Position numbers and translations under genes: made by a program. A stretch of 64,000 nucleotides of DNA from Gaiellaceae bacterium (GTDB lineage: Bacteria > Actinomycetota > Thermoleophilia > Gaiellales > Gaiellaceae). Each line of letters starts with the position of its first letter. Positions within the stretch are counted from its first letter, which is position 1. The notes below the pieces were generated by a model. It did no database searches. It worked only from the letters and a program-made list of their open reading frames with translations, and was not told where the DNA came from. The DNA lies in the NCBI GenBank assembly GCA_035293125.1, contig DATDOS010000158.1:8963-72962 (forward strand), read 5' to 3'. Of this stretch, positions 30,595-38,328 are shown piece by piece.

Positions 30595-31023
30595 GGGCTC
30601 GAAGCGGCACTCTGTGTCCGTGCGCGCCGCGTGCGGTGGACCCGTCCGGCCCTATCTGGCGGCGCGCATCAGTCTCTCCGCGGGCGTGGCAACGCAGGCC
30701 TCGGCATACTCGGCGGTGCTGGCGCAGGAGCGCGTAAGGGTCGCGACGAAGGCGCGCTCGCCCGCGCGCCAGGTTGAGCAGAACCTCGACGCCGCGCTCG
30801 GTTAGGCCGTATGCAGCCGTTTCTTCGCCGATCGCGGCGGCGAGGCGCTCGGCCGCCTCTGATGTCACTCGTACATGTGCGCGACCGTGCGCGCCTTGCC
30901 GGGGGGAAGTCATACGTACTTTCCCGAACCGACGCTGGGGGTGACCGCGGATGACGGTGGATCGGCAGGCCCGGAGACTCCCGCCCAACATCCGGCATTC
31001 GGCACGGCTCGGCGGGAGGTTCT

Positions 31024-33618
31024 ATGGCGAGATTCAGCCGCAAGACGTTCCTCGTGGGTGCCGGGGCCGGAGCGGGAACCCTCGTCGGCGCCTCGCATCT
31101 CGTCTCCCCCGGTCGTGGCGCTGGGCAGAGCGCGGCCCCAGCGCCGGTCGAGGAGTGGGTGCCGACGGCCTGCTGGATCGGGAAGCAGGATTGCGGCATG
31201 CTCGCCCGCCGCATCGACGGGCGGGTCGTGAAGTTCGAGGGCCACCCGGCGCACCCCCGGAACCTCGGGACCCTCTGCCCGAAGGGGATGGCGCAGATCA
31301 TCTCCGTCTACGACCCGAATCGAGTGAAGGCGCCGCTCGTGCGGACGAACGCGAAAGGGCAGACCGGCGAGTGGCGTCAGGTCTCCTGGGACGAGGCGCT
31401 CGACCGCGTGGCCCGGAAGATCAAGGAGGTCTCGAGCGACGATCCGGGTCTGATCCTCTGGCAGAAGGGACGCAGCAAGACCAAGGAGTTCTACGACACG
31501 GCGTTCGTCAAGGCGCTCGGGGCGACGAAGCTCGGCCACGGCGCCTACTGCTCCGACGCGGGCTACCGGGCCTGCGAGTTCACCGTCGGGGTAGAGGGTG
31601 TGCTGCACCCCGACTTCAGGCACACGCGCTACCTGCTCTCCTGGGGCTGGAACATCACCAACGCGGGCGGGAACAAGCTCTGCTGGATCACGTGGAACCG
31701 CCAGTTGCTCGAGGCCAGAGAGCGGGGCGTGAAGGTCGTCGTCATCGATCCGCGCCTGCGCGGGGCCGGTCCCTTCGCAGACGAGTGGCTCCCGATCAGG
31801 CCGGCGACCGACCTCGCGCTCGCGCTGGCGCTCGCACGCGAGCTCGTGCGGCAGGGTTATGTCGACCGTGAGTACCTGAGGCGGTTCACGAACGCGCCGT
31901 TCCTCGTCCAAGAGGACGGCTTCTTCCTGCGCGCGGGCGACAAGGAGCAGGTCTGGGACACGGCCACGAACAGTGCGGTGCCGTTCGACGCCGCGAAGAA
32001 ACCCGCGCTCGTCGGCGAGTACACCGTCGGAGGCGAGAAGGTGAAGCCGGCATTTCAGCTCTTCACGGAGCACCTCGACACGTACACGCCGGACTGGGCT
32101 GCGGAGGTCACCGGCCTGCCGGCCGAGAAGATCCGCGCCGTCGCCGAGGAGCTCGGCCGGAACGCCATGATCGGGGCGACCATCGAGGTGGAGGGCGTCT
32201 CGCTCCCGTACCGGCCGGTGAGCGCGATGGCGTACCACATGTGTCAGCAGGAGCTCGGGTTCGAGGCGATCCGGGCCATGGTGATGGTCTTCATGCTGCT
32301 CGGCGCCGTGGGCGCAGTCGGCGGCCAGAGCATCGATCTCGGAGGCTGGAAGGTCGAGGCGGAGAAGTTCGACAAGTGGGGCGAGGTCGAGATCGGAGAC
32401 CCGCCGTACAACTTCTATTTGAAGGACAGCAAGTTCTTCCCGATCAACACGGGCAGCCCGTCCATCGTCGCGAAGGTGATGGAGGACCCGAAGCGCTACG
32501 GGGTCGAGAAGCTGCCCGAGATGGTGATCCTGCACATGCACAACCCGCTCGGCGCCGTGCCCGACCGGAAGCTGATCTCGTCGATGTACGCGAAGATCCC
32601 GTTCGTTGTCGACATCAACGCGTGGTTGTCGGAGACAGCCGACTACTACGCGGACGTCGTACTCCCCGCCGCGACGGTCGAGAAGTACGAGGGCCCGCTC
32701 GGGGCGACCGACCAGTACGTCGACGCGGTCGCCCTCCGGGTGCCCGCGATGAAGCCGCTCTTCGAGTCGCGCGGGGAGATCGACATCTACCTCGACCTGA
32801 CGGAGAAAGCGGGTCTCCTGTACGGCGAGGAGGGCTACCTCGAGCAGATCAACGAGGCGCTCAAGCTCGTCGAGGTGGACGAGGAGACCGGCGAGGTGAC
32901 GAGAGGCCCCTACGCGCTGCCGCTCGACCGAAAGCCGAAGGTGCGGCAGATCTTCGATCGGTGGGCCAAGAGCCAGGGAATCGAGGGGGGCGTTGCCTAC
33001 TTCGAGAAGCACGGCGTCTACGTCAAGGGTCCGATCGAGGCTGCGAAGTACTTCGGATTCGCGATGGACCCGCCCTTCGGGGGCCTCGTCCACCGCCTCT
33101 ACGGCGAGCCCCTCCTCCGCTACCAGGAGGAGATGAAGGCGAAGGGGGCCGCCGAGATCTACTGGCAGGACTACACGCCGTTCCCCACGTGGCGCGTCCC
33201 GACGATGGACCGCTCGCCGTCCGAGTACGACCTCTACCTGATCAGCTACAAGCTGATCGAGCACAAGCAGAGCCGGTCGAGCTTCATCCCGCTGCTCGCC
33301 GAGATCGCACGCCGGCAGGAGCTCTCCATCAACCCGAAGACGGCGAAGGAGCGCGGCATCGACGACGGGGACGAGGTGTGGGTGGAGTCGCACAACGCCG
33401 TCACGGGCGAGACACGGAAGGTCGAGGTGCAGGCTCGCTACACCGAAACGATCCGGCCTGACACCGTCGGCATGGCGCACCACTTCGGGACCTGGACGCA
33501 CCCGGAGGCGGAGGGGCAGGGCCCGAGCCCGAACGAGATCTTCTTCAGCGGAGAGGGCTACGTCGCCAACACGGCGGACCAGTCCTTCCACGTCAAAGTT
33601 CGCGTCTTCAAGGCGTAG
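31024..33618 (+). CDS. Molybdopterin oxidoreductase catalytic subunit, Tat-exported (PsrA/PhsA/TtrA-like; substrate unknown)
   Basis: 864 aa with a Tat-like signal MARFSRKTFLVGAGAG, the N-terminal Cys group ACWIGKQDCGM...LCPKG, a probable Mo-ligand Cys in HGAYCSDAGY and a C-terminal MGD-binding barrel. GGGAGG RBS. Confidence 0.9.
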   Translation: MARFSRKTFLVGAGAGAGTLVGASHLVSPGRGAGQSAAPAPVEEWVPTACWIGKQDCGMLARRIDGRVVKFEGHPAHPRNLGTLCPKGMAQIISVYDPNRVKAPLVRTNAKGQTGEWRQVSWDEALDRVARKIKEVSSDDPGLILWQKGRSKTKEFYDTAFVKALGATKLGHGAYCSDAGYRACEFTVGVEGVLHPDFRHTRYLLSWGWNITNAGGNKLCWITWNRQLLEARERGVKVVVIDPRLRGAGPFADEWLPIRPATDLALALALARELVRQGYVDREYLRRFTNAPFLVQEDGFFLRAGDKEQVWDTATNSAVPFDAAKKPALVGEYTVGGEKVKPAFQLFTEHLDTYTPDWAAEVTGLPAEKIRAVAEELGRNAMIGATIEVEGVSLPYRPVSAMAYHMCQQELGFEAIRAMVMVFMLLGAVGAVGGQSIDLGGWKVEAEKFDKWGEVEIGDPPYNFYLKDSKFFPINTGSPSIVAKVMEDPKRYGVEKLPEMVILHMHNPLGAVPDRKLISSMYAKIPFVVDINAWLSETADYYADVVLPAATVEKYEGPLGATDQYVDAVALRVPAMKPLFESRGEIDIYLDLTEKAGLLYGEEGYLEQINEALKLVEVDEETGEVTRGPYALPLDRKPKVRQIFDRWAKSQGIEGGVAYFEKHGVYVKGPIEAAKYFGFAMDPPFGGLVHRLYGEPLLRYQEEMKAKGAAEIYWQDYTPFPTWRVPTMDRSPSEYDLYLISYKLIEHKQSRSSFIPLLAEIARRQELSINPKTAKERGIDDGDEVWVESHNAVTGETRKVEVQARYTETIRPDTVGMAHHFGTWTHPEAEGQGPSPNEIFFSGEGYVANTADQSFHVKVRVFKA

Positions 33619-33633
33619 CGAGGGAGCCGACGG

Positions 33634-34377
33634 ATGCCGCGATACGGAATGGTCATCGATCTCGAGCGGTGCATGGGCTGCAGGGCCTGCATGGAGGCGT
33701 GCAAGGTCGAGAACAACACACCGGAGGGCGCCTTCTGGATGCACGTGTTCCGGTTCGAGGAGGGCGAGTACCCGGATACCAAGGTGGGCTTCCTCCCGCG
33801 GCCGTGCCAGCACTGCGAGAACGCGCCATGCGTCAAGGTCTGCCCGGTTCAGGCGAGATACATGCAGGACGACGGCGTCGTCCTGACCGACTTCAAGCGC
33901 TGCATCGGCTGCCGCTACTGCATCGTCGCGTGCCCGTACGGGGTCAACCACTTCAACTGGACGCCACCCGAGGACGCGTACTACCTCGACTGGGACGATC
34001 CGGACCTCGAGAAGGCCACGGGCGGCGCAGTCCCACCGTACGACAACCCGGACCTCGACCAGCCCCACGGAGACCGCGGCACGCTCGTCGCCGGGGGGGG
34101 CCACTACGACGGCACCACCGAGAAGTGCACGTTCTGCGTCCAGCGGCTGGAGAAGGACTTGCTGCCGGCGTGTGTCTCCAACTGCCCCGTCGACGTCTTC
34201 AGCTTCGGCGACCTCGACGACCCCGAGAGCGCGCCGTCTCAGGCCCTGCGCTCGAGACGGGCCTTCCGTCTCAAGGAGGAGCTGAACACGTCACCCAAGG
34301 TCTTCTACGTCGGTCAGCCGCCGCCCAGCGAGGAGATTCGGCCGATCGACATCGTCTCGAGCACCGGAGGCCAGTGA
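33634..34377 (+). CDS. 4Fe-4S ferredoxin-type electron-transfer subunit (PsrB/DmsB/NrfC-like)
   Basis: 247 aa with CMGCRACMEAC, CQHCENAPCVKVCP, CIGCRYCIVACP and CTFCVQRL...CVSNCP. Confidence 0.9.
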   Translation: MPRYGMVIDLERCMGCRACMEACKVENNTPEGAFWMHVFRFEEGEYPDTKVGFLPRPCQHCENAPCVKVCPVQARYMQDDGVVLTDFKRCIGCRYCIVACPYGVNHFNWTPPEDAYYLDWDDPDLEKATGGAVPPYDNPDLDQPHGDRGTLVAGGGHYDGTTEKCTFCVQRLEKDLLPACVSNCPVDVFSFGDLDDPESAPSQALRSRRAFRLKEELNTSPKVFYVGQPPPSEEIRPIDIVSSTGGQ

Positions 34378-34379
34378 CG

Positions 34380-35618
34380 ATGGCGACCAGCGCACGGACG
34401 GCTGGGCAAGGACTGCTCTCGAGGTACGGCTGGACCATCTGGATCGGGATCCTGGCCGTGCTCGTCGCGCAAGGGCTCTACAGCTTCGCCCGGCAGCGGA
34501 TCGACGGACATCAGCTCGCGGGCCTCGACGACACAGCGCCGTGGGGCTTGTACATCGCCGGGTTCGTCTTCTTCGTCGGTGCAAGCGCAGGCTCGACCGT
34601 GATCGGCCTGACGGTTCACGGGTTTGGTCGCAAGGACTACGAGCCACTTGCGACGCGGGCGATTCTCATCGGGCTCCTCTCCCTGGCAGCCGCTGTCACC
34701 TTCATCGCCGTAGACGTCGGGCGGATCGAGCGGATGTTCCTGTTGCCGTGGTTCTGGCACAACCCGACCTCGATGTTCTTCTACACGTCGATCACGTACT
34801 ACGTGTTCGCCGCCATCCTGCTCGCCGAGCTCTACTACACCGTGAGACTCACCCGAGGGAGCACCGAGCCCCGCGATCGGTGGATGGCGAAGTGGCTGGC
34901 CATCATGGCCGTGCCGTTCGCGCTCGTCGTCCTGCATGCGCCGCACGGAGCGCTTTTCGCGGTCGTCAAGGCGCGGGAGTTCTGGGCCAATCCGCTGCTG
35001 CCGCCCCACTTCGCCGTCGTCGCCCTCGTCAGCGGCCTGGCGCTCGTGATCCCGGTGACGATCGTCACGTCCTGGTTGAAGAAGCGGGAGCTCGTCGGGA
35101 CGCACACGCTGGCTCACATGGGGGCGCTGCTGGCTCTCTTGATCTCCGTCACTGCGGTCCTCGACTTCTTCGACTGGCTGGTCTTCGCCTACAGCGACAA
35201 GGCAGCGGGTGTCGCCGCGTGGGACATCCTGTTCGGCTCCCACCTCGTCCTCTCCGTCATTCACGTGGGGGGGTATATGGCTGCTCTTGCAACCCTGTTC
35301 TTCGTCCTCAGGTTCCGGCGTGAGTGGCTCGTCCCGGGACTCGTCGTCGCGTGTGCGATCACGCTCCTGGCCGTGGCCGGCTACCGCTACAACCTCGTGA
35401 CGGTGGGCCAAGCGGTCTCCCTGCTCCCCGTGATCCCAGTGAATGAGTACTGGCCGAGCGGGACCGAGATCTCGATCGCCGTCGGCATCGTCGCGCTGAC
35501 CGCCCTCTCCTACTCGATCCTGACGAAGGTTCTGCCCCTGGAGGAGGATGCCCCAGCGCAGCGCGAGGAGCCGGCGGTTGTCACGGGGAGACTTGCCCCG
35601 GCGGGGGAGAGCACCTGA
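34380..35618 (+). CDS. NrfD/PsrC-like polytopic membrane anchor subunit
   Basis: ATG 34380 inside track ORF 33669..35618, giving about 412 aa. About 9-10 hydrophobic helices. It sits directly after the FeS subunit. Confidence 0.85.
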   Translation: MATSARTAGQGLLSRYGWTIWIGILAVLVAQGLYSFARQRIDGHQLAGLDDTAPWGLYIAGFVFFVGASAGSTVIGLTVHGFGRKDYEPLATRAILIGLLSLAAAVTFIAVDVGRIERMFLLPWFWHNPTSMFFYTSITYYVFAAILLAELYYTVRLTRGSTEPRDRWMAKWLAIMAVPFALVVLHAPHGALFAVVKAREFWANPLLPPHFAVVALVSGLALVIPVTIVTSWLKKRELVGTHTLAHMGALLALLISVTAVLDFFDWLVFAYSDKAAGVAAWDILFGSHLVLSVIHVGGYMAALATLFFVLRFRREWLVPGLVVACAITLLAVAGYRYNLVTVGQAVSLLPVIPVNEYWPSGTEISIAVGIVALTALSYSILTKVLPLEEDAPAQREEPAVVTGRLAPAGEST

Positions 35619-36334
35619 GCGGAGGCGCGGACGGGCGAGGGAGCCTGGCAGACCTCGCCCAGGCTCGCCACAGTGCGTATGAGCTGCTCGGCTCGCTCTT
35701 CTTCTATCCAGAGAGGGACGAGGTCGACGGATGGGTCGAGCTCGCCCAGGAGCTCAGGGACCGGTCCGGGCCGCTCCGCGACTTCCCCTTCTTTCCTCGC
35801 CTCGAGCTGGCTCTCGACTCCCTTCTCGAGCTCAGTCGGGAGCAGACGGTGGGGCTGGAGCAGGAGTACCTCGAGCTGTTCGGGCGCGGCAGCTCCAAGG
35901 CGCGGTGCCCGCTCCACGAGTCGGACTACGTCGATCGTACGGGCCTACGGCGCGGGTTGGTTGCCGTCGCGGTCGAGCAGGCTTACGCCGCCGCAGGGCT
36001 GACGCTGTCCTCGGCGACGCGCGGGGAGCTCCCGGACCACGCCGCTTTCGAGCTCGAGTTTCTGTCGCACCTCTGCGCGAAGGAGGCGAAGGCGAGGGAG
36101 GACGATCGGCCCGAGGAGGTCGCCGGCCTCCTGCGTGTTCAGAGGAACTTCCTCGACCGGCACCTTCTCCTCTGGTTCCCCGCCCTCGTGCACAACGTGC
36201 GGCTCGCCGCTCCCGTGGGCTTCTACCGAGACATCGCCGACGTCGCCCATGCATTAGTCGTCCACGACCGCGATCTGATTGCCGTCCTCGAGGTTGATTG
36301 CAACGAGCCGGCAGTCGCCGCCTTCGCGCCGTGA
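35615..36334 (+). CDS. TorD/DmsD-like redox-enzyme maturation chaperone (probable CTG start)
   Basis: Motifs YELLGSLFFYPE, EQEYLELFG and DHAAFELEFLSHL. The conserved N-terminal third precedes the first canonical start (GTG 35849). CTG 35615 overlaps the upstream TGA (CTGA), with an alternative CTG at 35645. Confidence 0.7.
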   Translation: MSGGADGRGSLADLAQARHSAYELLGSLFFYPERDEVDGWVELAQELRDRSGPLRDFPFFPRLELALDSLLELSREQTVGLEQEYLELFGRGSSKARCPLHESDYVDRTGLRRGLVAVAVEQAYAAAGLTLSSATRGELPDHAAFELEFLSHLCAKEAKAREDDRPEEVAGLLRVQRNFLDRHLLLWFPALVHNVRLAAPVGFYRDIADVAHALVVHDRDLIAVLEVDCNEPAVAAFAP

Positions 36335-36335
36335 C

Positions 36336-37922
36336 GTGAGTGCGCCGCCGCACGTCTGCGTCGGGTTGTGCGGCGACCTCGAGCAGGACGCCGGGCTCGA
36401 GCTCGCCGCTGTCGCCAACGCGTTGGAGGGGTTTTCCTCGAACGTCGGTGTAGCGGTCGTGCCGGGCCTGTGCCACTCGCCTGATCTTGTGGCCTCCCTC
36501 GCTGCCACCACCCACGCGACCCGTATGGCGCTCGGCCTCTGCGCACAGTCGACGCGAAGCGACGAGTTCCAGGCCTGGGCGCGAAAGGCCGGGCTCGACC
36601 CGTTCGCGGTCGAGCTCGTCAACCTCGACGGCGCCGAGAGCGCGGACACGGCTGTACTCGTCCTCGCAGGCGCAGTGGCTCGGCTGAGGGCGCTCCCGGG
36701 AAGCAGGCCTGAGGAGCTCAAGCTACGACTCGTCTCTTTCGAGCAGCGACGGACCCGGCGGTCCTTGTTCAGTCTCCCCCCAACCACCTACGAGGCCGTC
36801 GCCGGCATCGAGGAAGCGAGCTGCCTCGGACCGCAGCACTGCGGGCGCTGCATCAGCACCTGTCCGTTCTCGGCCATCAGGGCAGTCGGTGTGAAAGTGA
36901 CCGTCGACAGAGACCGATGCGAGTCCTGCGGGTTGTGCGTCACGGCGTGCCCGACCAACGCGATCGGGTTACCCGGCTCCGCCCTCTCTCAGTACGAGGC
37001 CGAGATGGCGACTCTCCTCTCGGCAGATCAACCCAGCCTGCTCCTTACCTGCCGACGGTCCGCCTCCACCGTTGCCGGAGGCAACGGCCGAGCGCCACTC
37101 TCGGCGGGGTGGCTCCCGGTCACGGTGCCCTGTCTCGGCATGGTGACTCCCGGATGGATCTTGCAGGCGCTCGCGCGTGGAGCCTCGACGGTCGCGCTCC
37201 TCGGCTGCGGCGAACGCTGTCGTTCGGACCGGGCGACCATCAGCCGAGAGCGTGTGGACTTCGTTCGCGAGCTCCTCGGCCTCCTCGGCGAGAGCGCTCC
37301 TTCGCAGAGGGTGCTGTGGATGGACCCGGACTCCGCGCTGACCCGAGCGGACGCGTTCCCATCACGCACGAGAGACCGCACAGACGACCGAGCGCTGTCC
37401 CTTCTCGAACCCGCCGCCACGACGGCGGGCGCCGTCGAGCTCGCTGAGCGCTACGGAGCACGTCCCGACGTCTCTCTGCCCCACGCGGGTTCTCCGCTCG
37501 GGATGGTCAGGCTCCGGGAGGAGACCTGCACAGCCTGCGGCGCGTGTCCCGCCGTCTGCCCCACCGAGGCTCTGCTCTACGAGGAGGGGCCACAAGGCGA
37601 AGCGATCATCTCCTTCGAGGCCGCGCGCTGCGTCTCCTGTGGGAATTGCGCGCGCGTGTGCCCGGAAAGTGCGAGCGACACCTTGAGCGTCAGCCCGCGC
37701 ATCGATCTTGCCGCTCTCGCTCATGGACGAGTCGCCCTCAAGCGGGCTGCTTCTGCGCGCTGCCGCAAGTGTGGGCGTGCGATCGCGCCAGACGCAATGC
37801 TGAGGAGAATCAGAGCACTGCTCGAGGGCGACGAGGCGTCCGAGCCGCTGATCGCGATCCTGACCCAACTCTGCAGCGATTGCCGAGCGCTCGACTCCAC
37901 CCCGTCAGTGGGCGACCACTAG
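36336..37922 (+). CDS. Cytoplasmic polyferredoxin with MvhD/FlpD-like domain
   Basis: GTG 36336, 2 nt after the chaperone stop. Motifs CGRCISTCP, CESCGLCVTACP, CTACGACPAVCP and CVSCGNCARVCP. The central segment LPVTVPCLGMVTPGWILQALARGASTVALLGCGERC resembles MvhD. The C terminus has a CRKCG...CSDC ribbon. Confidence 0.75.
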   Translation: MSAPPHVCVGLCGDLEQDAGLELAAVANALEGFSSNVGVAVVPGLCHSPDLVASLAATTHATRMALGLCAQSTRSDEFQAWARKAGLDPFAVELVNLDGAESADTAVLVLAGAVARLRALPGSRPEELKLRLVSFEQRRTRRSLFSLPPTTYEAVAGIEEASCLGPQHCGRCISTCPFSAIRAVGVKVTVDRDRCESCGLCVTACPTNAIGLPGSALSQYEAEMATLLSADQPSLLLTCRRSASTVAGGNGRAPLSAGWLPVTVPCLGMVTPGWILQALARGASTVALLGCGERCRSDRATISRERVDFVRELLGLLGESAPSQRVLWMDPDSALTRADAFPSRTRDRTDDRALSLLEPAATTAGAVELAERYGARPDVSLPHAGSPLGMVRLREETCTACGACPAVCPTEALLYEEGPQGEAIISFEAARCVSCGNCARVCPESASDTLSVSPRIDLAALAHGRVALKRAASARCRKCGRAIAPDAMLRRIRALLEGDEASEPLIAILTQLCSDCRALDSTPSVGDH

Positions 37923-38013
37923 GTTGCCCCACCTCCCGGAGCAGACTGGGGAGCGGCGGAACGTCAGCCGCTTCCCAGCGAAAGCTTCATCGGCCAGGGA
38001 GCGACGTGGCGAG

Positions 38014-38059
38014 CGGGAGCGACGGGACTCGAACCCGCGACCTCCGGCGTGACAGGCCG
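38014..38059 (-). repeat. tRNA-Asp(GTC) 3'-half fragment, copy 1 (att-like direct repeat)
   Basis: The reverse complement CGGCCTGTCACGCCGGAGGTCGCGGGTTCGAGTCCCGTCGCTCCCG covers the anticodon arm (loop CTGTCAC), variable loop, T-arm and 3' acceptor strand. There is no D-arm or 5' acceptor upstream. Confidence 0.85.
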
Positions 38060-38328
38060 AATCGGCTGCGACGAAGGGCGTGGACGCGCTGCTCGGAACA
38101 GGCGTATTTGCCGCGCCTTTTCGATGAGAAACCCTTCCCGTTCCGCATTGCTCCGTGGACGTCTTGCAGGCGTTTGGGCCACGAATGGGCCGGGGTGTTG
38201 TCAACCAAGCACAAGATTCGGCACCGGAGGGGCCATCTGGAAGATGAGGCTCAAGGCGTTGTCGACCGCCTCTCTACCACGCGCTCCGAGCGGCAACAGT
38301 TCCCGACGACTGCGCTGGAAACGGTCAG

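Noticed and set aside
30595-31023. Possible small minus-strand gene between hisIE and the molybdoenzyme operon (e.g. VTSEAAERLAAAIGEETAAYGLTERGVEVLLNLAR...).
   Set aside because: The protein-like stretch lasts only about 35 codons. It then turns Arg-rich and runs into the antisense of hisIE. An alternative frame would need a frameshift. There is no RBS and no recognisable family, so it is left unannotated.
30910-34104. Very long minus-strand ORF (1064 aa) opposite the molybdoenzyme genes. Similar long ORFs occur at 3325..4779(-), 4595..6166(-), 15689..17659(-), 19115..21247(-), 50190..52586(-), 11384..13177(+) and 38509..40785(+).
   Set aside because: They are Arg/Pro/Gly/Asp-rich, low-complexity translations with no recognisable motifs. 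Each lies antisense to or out of frame with a gene that has clear family signatures. These are the typical shadow ORFs of ~70% GC DNA.
38014-38059. The three tRNA-like segments (also 49959-50004 and 62181-62224) considered as functional tRNA genes.
   Set aside because: Each contains only the anticodon arm to the 3' acceptor strand. The sequence where the 5' acceptor strand and D-arm should be is unrelated, and no cloverleaf can be drawn.
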